From assembly GCA_050181465.1 (NCBI GenBank), contig JBFXDD010000005.1:22673-86672 (forward strand): a stretch of 64,000 nt of DNA, read 5' to 3'. Of the stretch, positions 1 to 8,443 are shown in pieces (position 1 is the stretch's first letter; the number at the start of each line of letters is the position of its first letter). Both the position numbers and the translations under genes were made by a program. This DNA is from Planctomycetota bacterium (GTDB lineage: Bacteria; Planctomycetota; UBA1135; UBA2386). The notes beneath the pieces were generated by a model. It did not search any database. It was not told the origin of the DNA and was given only the letters and a program-made list of their open reading frames with translations.

Positions 1-935
1 ATCCGACGCGGGGTGAACCCGGCGGGCTCGGGACGAATCGGGTCGCTCGACGCGCGCGACACCGCGGGCTCACTTGCCGACCCATTCGGTGACTCCTTCT
101 CGCCGTCGGAGCGTGAGTCGTCGGAACGTGCAGCGCCGGAGTCCGACGGCTCTCGCGACGCCGAGGAACGCGAATCGAGCCCGCGCGGGTTGCCGTCGCT
201 TTGCGGCGAGGCACCGTTCTTCTGCTCTCTCGCGTTCGGTTCTCGGGTCGGTTCAGGGGAACCCGAATCATCCGTCGGCGGCGGCGCGTCGTTCGACCTG
301 TTCATCTGTGGCGTCACCGCGGACGAGGGCTGGTTCACGGACCATCCTACGCGACCGGGCGCCGTCGCTGGTCCGTCCGACCGCCGGCCGAAGCCCGGTT
401 CTGCAGCGGCGCTCGTGAACGGCCCTGCAGCCACGGGTCCGGCACTCGGTGAGTCCGCCGGGATGAGGATCGGTGTCGCCGACAGGGGACCATCGGTCCC
501 GCTCGCGCGAAGCACCCGCGCGGACTCATTCTCTGCGGCCTGCGCAAGCGGCGCCGACTGGGCCCGCTCCTCGGCGCGGCTGCGACCCCGTGTGCGGTAG
601 CGATCGAGAGAGGGTGCGAGTCGATCCCGTGCCGGCTTGGGCAGCGAGTTCTCCGACTCCAGAGTCACGTTGCAGTGCTCGTAGCCCGGCTGACGACGAA
701 CCGCCCCCGCAAGCGCTGCGAGGTGCTTGCGGCGCAGCCAGTCACGCACGAAGGCCGTCGGCACCACGAACACGCAGCTCGCGGGGGAGGCGCTCGCGAT
801 ACGGAGGTCGCGCAGCCACGGGTTGTCCCCCACTACGTTGGCGCCGACCCGGTCCCCGTTCTTGCCGAGCTCGAGGAGCACTGCCGCGAGCAAGGAGTCG
901 TTTCGATCGGGGAGTGGATCGCGCCGCTGCGTCAC
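1..935 (-). CDS. dnaA: Chromosomal replication initiator DnaA-like protein, 5' part only (runs off window; not in ORF track)
   Basis: GTG at 935 with AAAGGAG RBS 8 nt upstream; frame open to window edge; translation includes PWLRDLRIASASPASCVFVVPTAFVRDWLRRKHL (DnaA domain I pattern), then a long P/S/A/E-rich linker. AAA+ domain not visible in the window. Confidence 0.7.
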   Translation of the reverse strand, partial: MTQRRDPLPDRNDSLLAAVLLELGKNGDRVGANVVGDNPWLRDLRIASASPASCVFVVPTAFVRDWLRRKHLAALAGAVRRQPGYEHCNVTLESENSLPKPARDRLAPSLDRYRTRGRSRAEERAQSAPLAQAAENESARVLRASGTDGPLSATPILIPADSPSAGPVAAGPFTSAAAEPGFGRRSDGPATAPGRVGWSVNQPSSAVTPQMNRSNDAPPPTDDSGSPEPTREPNAREQKNGASPQSDGNPRGLDSRSSASREPSDSGAARSDDSRSDGEKESPNGSASEPAVSRASSDPIRPEPAGFTPRR

Positions 936-1179
936 GTTGCGTGCTCCTTTGAGCTGAAACGGGTGCGAAAGGACGGGTGGGTCAGATGCGTACGGATCCC
1001 CGGCCCGGAGCCGAGCAGGCGGGGCGAGGGAGACCGGACACGGAGCAGAGAGATTCGCCTCGTCGCGGCCAGGCACTCCGCGTTCGAAGCATCTCGAAGG
1101 TTCGCGTTCTAGCAACTCGCTGCTGTCGACGGAAGAGGGTCTTCCTCGACTCGACGCGATGGAGAGAGCTCGATCGCGA

Positions 1180-1205
1180 CTAAGTCCTTGTTCTGCAAGC
1201 TCGCG
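1180..1205. promoter_or_regulatory. Partial copy of 25-bp palindromic intergenic motif upstream of dnaA
   Basis: CTAAGTCCTTG-TTCTG-CAAG; the 11-mer CTAAGTCCTTG recurs at 34655. Confidence 0.35.
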
Positions 1206-1223
1206 ATCGCGTCGAGCTTTTTT

Positions 1224-2351
1224 TCAACTCGTCGCGGTGCGCGCCCGCGCGGCTCGCAGACGATCGACGACGGCGGCGATGCGCTCCGCGGCGACGCGCG
1301 CGTGATCGACTTCGGTGCTCGCAGACGTGGCGAGTCGAATGCAAGCTCGCTGCTGTTCGTCATCGAGTCCGAGCGATCGCAAGACCGCCGGCGGCTGCGG
1401 TGAACCGCTCGAACAGGCCGACCCAGCGGAAGCCTCGATCCCGGCAAGGTCGAGTGCCGGGAGCAGTGCGCGACCGTCCAGACCCTCGAACAGGATGAGC
1501 GCCGTGTTCGGGAGGACGTCACACACCGGCGTGAGCAATCGAAGAGCGACACGCTCGCGAAGATGATCCACCAGCGCATCGCGCGCCGCCCTCATGGCTG
1601 CGGCTCGTTGGTCCGTCTCCGCCACCGCGAGTCGGATGGCGCGTGCGGTGGCCGCCGCGAGCGACACACTCACCGTACCGCTCCGCAGACCGGACTCTTG
1701 CCCACCGCCGGTGAGCCAGGCTCGCGGACGCGCCCTGCGAACCACGAGGACGCTGCATCCACGCAGCCCACCAGCCTTGTGTGTGGCGAGCGCCACGGAA
1801 TCGGCAAGCGACACGACTTCCCGCAAGTCGACGCGCCCGAGAGTCTGCGCAGCGTCGACATGCAGGGGAATCGACAGATCCCGAGCCATGCCTGCCGCGA
1901 GTGCAACCGGTTGCAGGCTCCCGACCTCGCCCTGCGCGTGGGCGAGCGCGAGCATTCCGAGCGGTACTCCGGGCTCGACGAGGCGCGCCCGGCCCTCGCT
2001 GTCGGTCGGCCACCAAACTACTCCGCGCGCCGACGCGGCCGCGAGCACGGACCGATGCTCGCTGTCCGCACACGCGACCGGCAAGCCAAGTTCACCCAGT
2101 CCGCGAATCGCCAGATGGTTGGCTTCGGTCCCACCGGACAAGAAGACGATCGCGTCCGGCTCCACCCCAAGCGCCTGTGCTGCTTCGAGCCGCGCATCTT
2201 CCAGCACCAATCGCGCGCGACGCCCGGCAGAGTGCAAGCTCGAGGGATTGCCGGCCACCGTCGTCTCGACCTCGAGGAAGCGCGCGAGCACGCGCGGATC
2301 GACCGGACCGGTGGCGTTGAAGTCGAGGTGGATCCGCGCGGGGTCGACCAT
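1224..2351 (-). CDS. Cysteine desulfurase (IscS/NifS group I, PLP-dependent)
   Basis: HLDFNAT, GNPSSLH, SGGTEAN, HVDAAQ, THK (PLP Lys), GGGQE..RSGT, SAGSACSSG (catalytic Cys); ATG overlaps bshA stop (TGATG). Confidence 0.92.
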   Translation of the reverse strand: MVDPARIHLDFNATGPVDPRVLARFLEVETTVAGNPSSLHSAGRRARLVLEDARLEAAQALGVEPDAIVFLSGGTEANHLAIRGLGELGLPVACADSEHRSVLAAASARGVVWWPTDSEGRARLVEPGVPLGMLALAHAQGEVGSLQPVALAAGMARDLSIPLHVDAAQTLGRVDLREVVSLADSVALATHKAGGLRGCSVLVVRRARPRAWLTGGGQESGLRSGTVSVSLAAATARAIRLAVAETDQRAAAMRAARDALVDHLRERVALRLLTPVCDVLPNTALILFEGLDGRALLPALDLAGIEASAGSACSSGSPQPPAVLRSLGLDDEQQRACIRLATSASTEVDHARVAAERIAAVVDRLRAARARTATS

Positions 2352-3484
2352 CACGCGGCGATCACGCGCCGATAGAGCGCGAGGTAGCGCTTCATCACGT
2401 CCTCGGCGCGGAACGCCGTGACGGCGCGATCGCGTGCTGCGTGCGATGCCGCGGCATGCCGGACCGGATCCGCGAGGAGTTCGATCCCCGCACGCGCCAT
2501 CGCGTCGGAATCGCCGAGTGGAACGAGTCGTCCGGTGTCACCGAAGACCTCCGCCACGCCGCCGACTCGCGTGCTCACACAGGGCACACCGCAGCTCATC
2601 GCTTCGAGCATCGACAGTCCGAAACTCTCGCTCTCGGACGAGGACAGGAACAGGTCCGCGTCCGCCAACAGTCGGGCCAGCTCGACCTGATTCTTCACGC
2701 CCAGCGACTCGACTCGATCGGCGATGCCCAGGTCGACGGCGACGGCAAGCGCGTGGTCCCGATCCGGCCCGTCACCGGCGAGGAGCAACCGGGCTGGCAA
2801 CTTGGCAGCGATCTTCGCAAAGGCTCGCACGGTATCGCCGACCCGCTTGATCGGCCGGAAGTTGCTGGCGTGCACGATCCACCGCTCGCCGCCGTCGCGG
2901 CCCGCGAAACGCTGGCCCCCGCTGGGGGCGAACAGGTCCACGTCGACGAAGTTGGGGACGACTTCGATGGCCCGGCGAGAGCCGAACGCAATCACGGTCT
3001 CGTCCGCGAGGAACTGACTGACCGCCGTCACCGCGTTCGATTGATCGAGGGCGAATCGAGTGGGCCGGGCGTAGGCACGGTCGACCCCGACGACGGTGAT
3101 GTCGGTGCCGTGCAGAGTCGTGACGAACCGCAAGTCGCGGCCGCCCATGGAACGAGCCAGCCAAGCGCTGACCGCATGCGGAATCGCGTAGTGCACGTGC
3201 CAGAGGTCGACCCTTGCTTCCTCGTGGACCTCTGCCATCCGCGTGGCGAGGGCAAGGTCGTAGGGCGGGTAGCGGAACAGCGGATAGGCGGAGACCTGCA
3301 CTTCGTGGTAGCGGAGGCCCGGCACGGCGCTCTCGAGCCTGGCGGGTCGGCCGAAGCTGAGCAGATGGACGTCGTGTCCGGCACGGGCGGCGCGGATCGC
3401 GATCTCGGTCGCGACGACGCCGCTGCCGCCCACGCTCGGGTAACACACCACGCCGAGGCGTAGGGAAGGCTGAGACTCGGTCAT
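2351..3484 (-). CDS. bshA: N-acetyl-alpha-D-glucosaminyl L-malate synthase (GT4)
   Basis: CYPSVGGSGVVATE, YPLFRYPPY, HVHYAIPHA, TTLHGTDIT, HASNFRPIKR, ESFGL; bshB and bshC nearby. Confidence 0.93.
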   Translation of the reverse strand: MTESQPSLRLGVVCYPSVGGSGVVATEIAIRAARAGHDVHLLSFGRPARLESAVPGLRYHEVQVSAYPLFRYPPYDLALATRMAEVHEEARVDLWHVHYAIPHAVSAWLARSMGGRDLRFVTTLHGTDITVVGVDRAYARPTRFALDQSNAVTAVSQFLADETVIAFGSRRAIEVVPNFVDVDLFAPSGGQRFAGRDGGERWIVHASNFRPIKRVGDTVRAFAKIAAKLPARLLLAGDGPDRDHALAVAVDLGIADRVESLGVKNQVELARLLADADLFLSSSESESFGLSMLEAMSCGVPCVSTRVGGVAEVFGDTGRLVPLGDSDAMARAGIELLADPVRHAAASHAARDRAVTAFRAEDVMKRYLALYRRVIAA

Positions 3485-3505
3485 GGAGTGAGAATCGCGG
3501 ACCTA

Positions 3506-3869
3506 CTAGCCCGAACTATTCGTGATCGTCGTCGCTAGCCCGGATTATTCGTGAACGTCGTCGCGAGATCGACGCAGGTCGATGTCCGGCAAGGAGCTGC
3601 GTCGGTCGACGACCGAAGCGTAGCTGTAGCTACGCTGCCAGGGAGGAGCCGACGCAGCGACGCCGACGGGCGCGACTTGCGGCGATCGCAGTAGACGTTC
3701 ACGAATAATCCGGGCTAGATCGCCGCAGGTCGATGCTCGGCAAGGACCTACGTCGTGCGACGACCGAAGCGTAGCCGTAGCTACGCTGCCAGGGAGGAGC
3801 CGACGTAGCGACGCCGCCGAGCGCGGCTTGCAACGATCGCAGCAGATGTTCACGAGTAGTTCGGGCTAG
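3506..3869. mobile_element. MITE-like element, outer copy (184 bp reconstructed), interrupted by a nested second copy
   Basis: Ends CTAGCCCGAACTATTCGTGATC ... GATGTTCACGAGTAGTTCGGGCTAG; 364 bp minus the 180-bp insert gives 184 bp, same length as the other copies. Confidence 0.85.
3535..3718. mobile_element. MITE-like element, inner nested copy, 184 bp including both CTAG ends
   Basis: Perfect 25-bp terminal inverted repeat CTAGCCCGGATTATTCGTGAACGTC; central hairpin GCGTAGC-TGTA-GCTACGC; no transposase. Confidence 0.9.
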
Positions 3870-3907
3870 CGTAGCGCGCTCGTCGTTGCCGAGTAGCCGT
3901 CGCCGGC

Positions 3908-5020
3908 TCAGCGCAGGAGTGCGGTGAGCACCGGCTCGAAGGCGTCGGCTTGGCGGAAGAACCCGAGGTCGGACGGGTGCGAGGAGTCGACGGTCGCATC
4001 GTCGTCGTCGCCGAGGAGCCGATCACCACCGAGGTAGTCGAGGCGGTCGAACCCGGCCGCGCGAAGACGGTCGTAGGCCGCCCGCAACGCCGCGCGGCGA
4101 CGGCGGTGGTCGTCGGCGCGCTTGGGCAGCGCATGGGCGTTCGCGAAGGTGCGATCCTCGACGAGCAGGATCGGCACGCCGGGTCGGCGTTCCCGCAGCC
4201 TCCGAACGAAGGGCTCGGCGCGCTCCCCTACCTGCTCCGGGCTCATGTTCGGCAGGCAGTCGACGACGTAGATGGCCGCGTCGATCCCGGCGAGGAGATC
4301 AGCGAGGGCCAGCTCCATGCGGCCGTTGCCGGAGAATCCCAGATTGATCGTCTCGCGGTCGAGGCGTCGGCCGAGGATCGCGACATGGCACATCCCCGGT
4401 CGCGACGCGCTCGCGCCTTGGGTGATGGAGGTTCCGTAGAACACGATCGGCTTCCGCGTGGCCGGCCGCGGCGCCGCCGGCTCCAAGGTGGCGCCATCGT
4501 CGACGCCGATCTCGAAGCTCTCGACACCGTTGTAGAGCGGCAAGTAGCAGAGGTACTCCGCCGGCTGCGAGGCCTTGTCGGCGAAACGAATCAGTTCGAC
4601 GCTGTTCTGCTTGGCCTTGGGCTGCGTCGCAGCCAACCACCGCCAGCGCTCACCCTCGCGGCGGTAGAGATCGAGACCGCTGGCACCGCTGGCCGCCATG
4701 TGCGGCAGGGCGATTCGATCACGTCGGAGTGTCCAGCGAGCGCGGATCGACTGGCTGTCGGTCACGAAGCGCACCGCGATCCCCGCGGAGTCCTGGGCCA
4801 GCTCCCAGACCGGCTTCGGGACCGTGTCTGCCGCAGCAGCCGGCAGGCGGACCCAGGCGTCCGCGGAGCCGGGGAAACCCTGACCTTCGGCGCGAAGCTC
4901 CTTGCCGTCGCGCCAAGCCACCGTGGTCGACGGTCGCTGAGGCTCCTGGGCCAAGACGGAAGGCAACGCGACGACGAGTCCGAGGATCGCAGCAAAGGTC
5001 ATGCGGAGCAGCGTAGCCAT
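3908..5020 (-). CDS. Secreted SGNH/GDSL hydrolase with GxDLY N-terminal domain
   Basis: Signal peptide; SGLDLY; FYGTSITQG; INLGFSGNG; DSSHP (D-x-x-H). Confidence 0.88.
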   Translation of the reverse strand: MATLLRMTFAAILGLVVALPSVLAQEPQRPSTTVAWRDGKELRAEGQGFPGSADAWVRLPAAAADTVPKPVWELAQDSAGIAVRFVTDSQSIRARWTLRRDRIALPHMAASGASGLDLYRREGERWRWLAATQPKAKQNSVELIRFADKASQPAEYLCYLPLYNGVESFEIGVDDGATLEPAAPRPATRKPIVFYGTSITQGASASRPGMCHVAILGRRLDRETINLGFSGNGRMELALADLLAGIDAAIYVVDCLPNMSPEQVGERAEPFVRRLRERRPGVPILLVEDRTFANAHALPKRADDHRRRRAALRAAYDRLRAAGFDRLDYLGGDRLLGDDDDATVDSSHPSDLGFFRQADAFEPVLTALLR

Positions 5021-5104
5021 CGAGAATGGCCACCGCGCGGGAAGTCTGGTTGGGTATCCTTCCCCGCCGCCAGCCTCTCCTACTTGCCTCCAACACTCGA
5101 CCTG

Positions 5105-6721
5105 ATGAAGCTCCGAACTCTATGCGGCGCCGTGATTGCGCTGCAGATCGTCGCGTCGGCTCAGTCCAACGTCCGTCCAGGCACCGATGTCTCTCTGAGT
5201 AATCTCGGCGGAGTCGCGTCTCCGTCGGGAGCACATTCCGGCACCTTCCCCAACGGCACGCAATCCTGGGGCGTCAGCACGACGTCCTGCAACGTCGGCA
5301 CCGTCCACGTTCCGTGGCGTCGCGACATGGACATCGACCACCCCCAGATCGGGATGTGGATCTATCGCGACTACCAAGGCCGTTTCGAACAGGTGTCGCT
5401 GTTCCAAGGTGTGAAGCACGGCTTCCTGAGCACGAATTCCCCCGGCTGCGGCTCCTGCCCGGGCGGCGCGGGCAACCTGCTCATCATCGGTTGCTCCGAC
5501 ACCTACGGCGCGAGCCTGAACTACAGCCACACCTACATGGCCCCGCCTTCGGAGATCAATCCGTGGACCGGCATCTGGGAGTCGGTGGGATCCCACTTCG
5601 ATCGCGGCTTCCCGCCGGTGAGCGGCTCGCAGGCGACCGACAACGTTCGCAGCTCGATCAACTTCCCGTCCACCAACCAGGGCTACCGCAACTTGGTGCT
5701 CGACTCGGGGCTGAACGTGACCGGCGCCACGTTCTGGGTCTCCGGCTACTACAACGTGATCGGCGAGCCCGATGCCAATCGCGAGAACAACTCCCGCACG
5801 CGGCAGATCAACCCCACGTGGAATGCGGCCGGCAACCAATGGAGCTTCACGACCGTCGGCTCGACCCAGCACACCGGACCGGCGATCTGGCGTTGGAGCG
5901 GCGCGACCGTCAACAGCGCCAACAACAACAATGGTGACGACGGTCGCTTCTACGTGGCAGTGAAGGTGACCGGCCCCACCAACGGTCTCTATCACTACGA
6001 GTACGCGATCCAGAACCGCGACAACAGCCGCGAGGGTGGTGCGTTCCGAATCCCGATCTGCACCGGCACGACGGTCAGCAATCTGTGGTTCGGCGATCCC
6101 GACGAGATCGCGAACAACGATTGGACGGCCAGTGTGCTCACGAACGAGATCGTGTTCACCGCCCAGGCCGGGAACAACCTCACCTGGGGCAACATGTTCA
6201 ACGTCGCCTTCGACAGCAACGCGAGCCCGACGACCGCGAACTTCTCGATCGATCAGGCGCTGCCGGGTGCCGGCAACGCGTCGGTGGCGGTGGCCGTCCC
6301 GTGTCCGCTCGACCTTCGCAACCTCTACCTCGGCGCGGGCTGCGGTTCCCCCACCCCGCCCGTGCTCGACGCGAACGGCCCTGCCTTGCTCGGCACGTCC
6401 AACTTCACCTTGTCGAGCGCCGGCGTGGCGAACGGCTCGACCAACTACTTCGTGTTCAGTCTCGCGACGGCCGCGATTCCGCTCGGCGGCGGCTGCACCC
6501 TCTGGGCCGATCCCAATGCCGTGTTCTTCGGTGACGACGCGATCGGCGATCCGAGCGGGGTGGCGAGCCTCGTGGTCCCGATCCCTGCCGACCCGGCCTT
6601 GGACGGTGCCTTCCTGGCCGTGCAGGCCGTCGAATTCCAGAACCCTGGCGCCTTCGGTTCGCTCGATTTCTCGAGCGGCTTGAAGGTCAAGCTGGGCACC
6701 GCGAATCCGAGCTGCAACTGA
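5105..6721 (+). CDS. Secreted multidomain protein; N-terminal domain has lysyl-oxidase-like motifs, C-terminal part beta-rich
   Basis: ATG at 5105 (MKLRTLCGAVIALQIVASAQ signal peptide); strong coding bias only from here; motifs SCNVG, VKHGF, GCSDTYGA, EPDANRENN. Confidence is for the CDS; function is speculative. Confidence 0.8.
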   Translation: MKLRTLCGAVIALQIVASAQSNVRPGTDVSLSNLGGVASPSGAHSGTFPNGTQSWGVSTTSCNVGTVHVPWRRDMDIDHPQIGMWIYRDYQGRFEQVSLFQGVKHGFLSTNSPGCGSCPGGAGNLLIIGCSDTYGASLNYSHTYMAPPSEINPWTGIWESVGSHFDRGFPPVSGSQATDNVRSSINFPSTNQGYRNLVLDSGLNVTGATFWVSGYYNVIGEPDANRENNSRTRQINPTWNAAGNQWSFTTVGSTQHTGPAIWRWSGATVNSANNNNGDDGRFYVAVKVTGPTNGLYHYEYAIQNRDNSREGGAFRIPICTGTTVSNLWFGDPDEIANNDWTASVLTNEIVFTAQAGNNLTWGNMFNVAFDSNASPTTANFSIDQALPGAGNASVAVAVPCPLDLRNLYLGAGCGSPTPPVLDANGPALLGTSNFTLSSAGVANGSTNYFVFSLATAAIPLGGGCTLWADPNAVFFGDDAIGDPSGVASLVVPIPADPALDGAFLAVQAVEFQNPGAFGSLDFSSGLKVKLGTANPSCN

Positions 6722-6749
6722 CCGCCGCGACGGCACGGCGCGACGTCTG

Positions 6750-7379
6750 TCAAGGGACGCGCGCCGTCGTCCGGAACCGAAGCTCCAGGCGCAGTGATTC
6801 TCCGTTGTTCAACGAGAAGCTGCCGCCGAGCTCGCCGATGAACTCGGAGAGGGAACTGGCACGCAGGTTCAGGTCTTCGAACCATGCCGCGTTGCCGTAG
6901 GGATCGTCGAAGGTGACGTCAGCGCGCAGCACGATCTCCTCGTTCTCTACGAAGGTTCGCAGAGCTACGCAGTCGCCGGGCTGCAGATAGCGCATCATCA
7001 ACGTCAGCGTCCTTGCGACGACCGAGTGGGCCGCTTCCACGGGTAGCAGGACCTGCGGCAGTTGCGGATCCCACTCGACTCGCAGCACGAGGGGCTTCTC
7101 CGTCACCAGCAAGAGTTCGGACAGGACCTTGTCTGCAATCGTGCTCAGGTTGACGGCGCCCACGACCGAGAGCCGGTCGACGGCGCGTCGGAGCCCGCCA
7201 ATCGTCTTTTCGATGCGGGCCACGCTGCGCCCGAACTCCGACTCGAAGGCCGCATCGAGCGGCGCTTCCTCGCCTGACAGCAGGGTGTGAAGGTCGCGCT
7301 GCAGAATTGCGAGGTCCAACTCCAGCTTGCGCTCGATGGAACGCAGGTCTTCCGGGTTGGCGTCTTGAGGGCGAGCCAC
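6750..7379 (-). CDS. Hypothetical protein, degenerate histidine-kinase (HATPase_c)-like fold
   Basis: Helical N-half then WDPQLPQVLLP...PGDCVALRT...IVLRAD...ELGGSFSL...LELRF; N, G1 and G2 boxes absent; start uncertain (GTG 7379 chosen). Confidence 0.6.
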   Translation of the reverse strand: MARPQDANPEDLRSIERKLELDLAILQRDLHTLLSGEEAPLDAAFESEFGRSVARIEKTIGGLRRAVDRLSVVGAVNLSTIADKVLSELLLVTEKPLVLRVEWDPQLPQVLLPVEAAHSVVARTLTLMMRYLQPGDCVALRTFVENEEIVLRADVTFDDPYGNAAWFEDLNLRASSLSEFIGELGGSFSLNNGESLRLELRFRTTARVP

Positions 7380-7419
7380 GGGACCTCTGTCGACACCGGC
7401 CCACCGTGGATTGAGCGGT

Positions 7420-8292
7420 TCAGTCCGATCCCGCTGCCATCGAGTCTTCGGGCGAGTCGGCGGCCACGATGGAGCTTGGCTGAGCCATCGGTTCGGCCAT
7501 CGGTTCCGCCGCGGCTGCGGGCAAGTCGCCGTGCCGCGCAAGGAACTCGAGCGTGAACGCGCGATAGTCCGCAGCGCCGTTGGAATCCGGAGCGTGCTGG
7601 AAGATCGTCATCCCGAAGCTCGGTGCCTCAGCCAACTTGACGTTGTTGCGGATCCAGGTCTTCGCCAGACGATCGCCGAAGTAGGCGCCGATATTCTCGA
7701 TGACTTCGGTGGTCAGACGCGTCCGCAGGTCCACCATGCACGGCAGTACGCAGGTGACATCGATCGCGGGATTGAGTCGACGTTTGACGACATGGATCAC
7801 CTCGGTCAACTTCGCCATCCCTTGCAGAGAGAAATACTCCGTCTGCATCGGAATCAGCACTTCGGACGCCGCGCAGAGTGCATTCGCCGAGAGCACGCCC
7901 AGCGACGGCGGGCAGTCGATGAGCACGTAGTCGAATCGCGGTTCGCCCTGATATGCGTCGAGGGCTTCTCGCAGAACAGTCTCGCGCCCGATCTTGTTCG
8001 CGAGTACCTGCTCCACACCACCCAGGGACGTATCCGCGGGGATTACGAACAAACGCTCGGTCGGAGTGCTACGAACCAACTCGGCGATCGGGCGGTCCTC
8101 GACGAGCAGGTGCGTCATGGTGGCCTCCTCGAGTTCCGGCCGCCGATCCAGGTGAAGGCTCAGGTTGGCTTGCGGGTCGAGGTCGAGCAGGAGGACGTTT
8201 CGCCCCATCTGCGCGAGACCGGCTCCGAGATTCACGGTGGTCGTCGTCTTACCGACGCCTCCCTTCTGGTTGATGACGGCAACGATCTTCAC
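7420..8292 (-). CDS. Orphan ParA/Soj-family ATPase
   Basis: NQKGGVGKTT, DLDPQAN, IDCPPSLG, NNVKLAEAPSFG; no adjacent parB; acidic C-terminal tail with AEPM repeat. Confidence 0.92.
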   Translation of the reverse strand: MKIVAVINQKGGVGKTTTTVNLGAGLAQMGRNVLLLDLDPQANLSLHLDRRPELEEATMTHLLVEDRPIAELVRSTPTERLFVIPADTSLGGVEQVLANKIGRETVLREALDAYQGEPRFDYVLIDCPPSLGVLSANALCAASEVLIPMQTEYFSLQGMAKLTEVIHVVKRRLNPAIDVTCVLPCMVDLRTRLTTEVIENIGAYFGDRLAKTWIRNNVKLAEAPSFGMTIFQHAPDSNGAADYRAFTLEFLARHGDLPAAAAEPMAEPMAQPSSIVAADSPEDSMAAGSD

Positions 8293-8443
8293 GGCTGAAC
8301 CTCGTGGATGGAACTACGCGATCCGCATCGCCCGCGCGCAACCGCAGCGCGCCGGTAGCACCGGACCGTCTGCACTGTAGCTCGGCCAGCGATTGGATCC
8401 CACGGCGCAGGGATCCCACGGTGCGCCGGGTGCTCCACGGTGT

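Noticed and set aside
1197-1224. Hairpin AAGCTCG...CGAGCTT followed by a T run
   Set aside because: Oriented for + strand transcripts, but both flanking genes are on the minus strand; no transcript to assign.
3506-3869. Possible CRISPR array, and short ORFs within the repeats
   Set aside because: No repeat-spacer periodicity or cas genes; the structure is a nested inverted-repeat element and the similar peptides at 3.5, 14.6 and 57 kb are translations of it.
3950-5104. N-terminal extension of the 923-aa + strand ORF
   Set aside because: It is the antisense shadow of the SGNH gene; the signal peptide and real coding start at ATG 5105.
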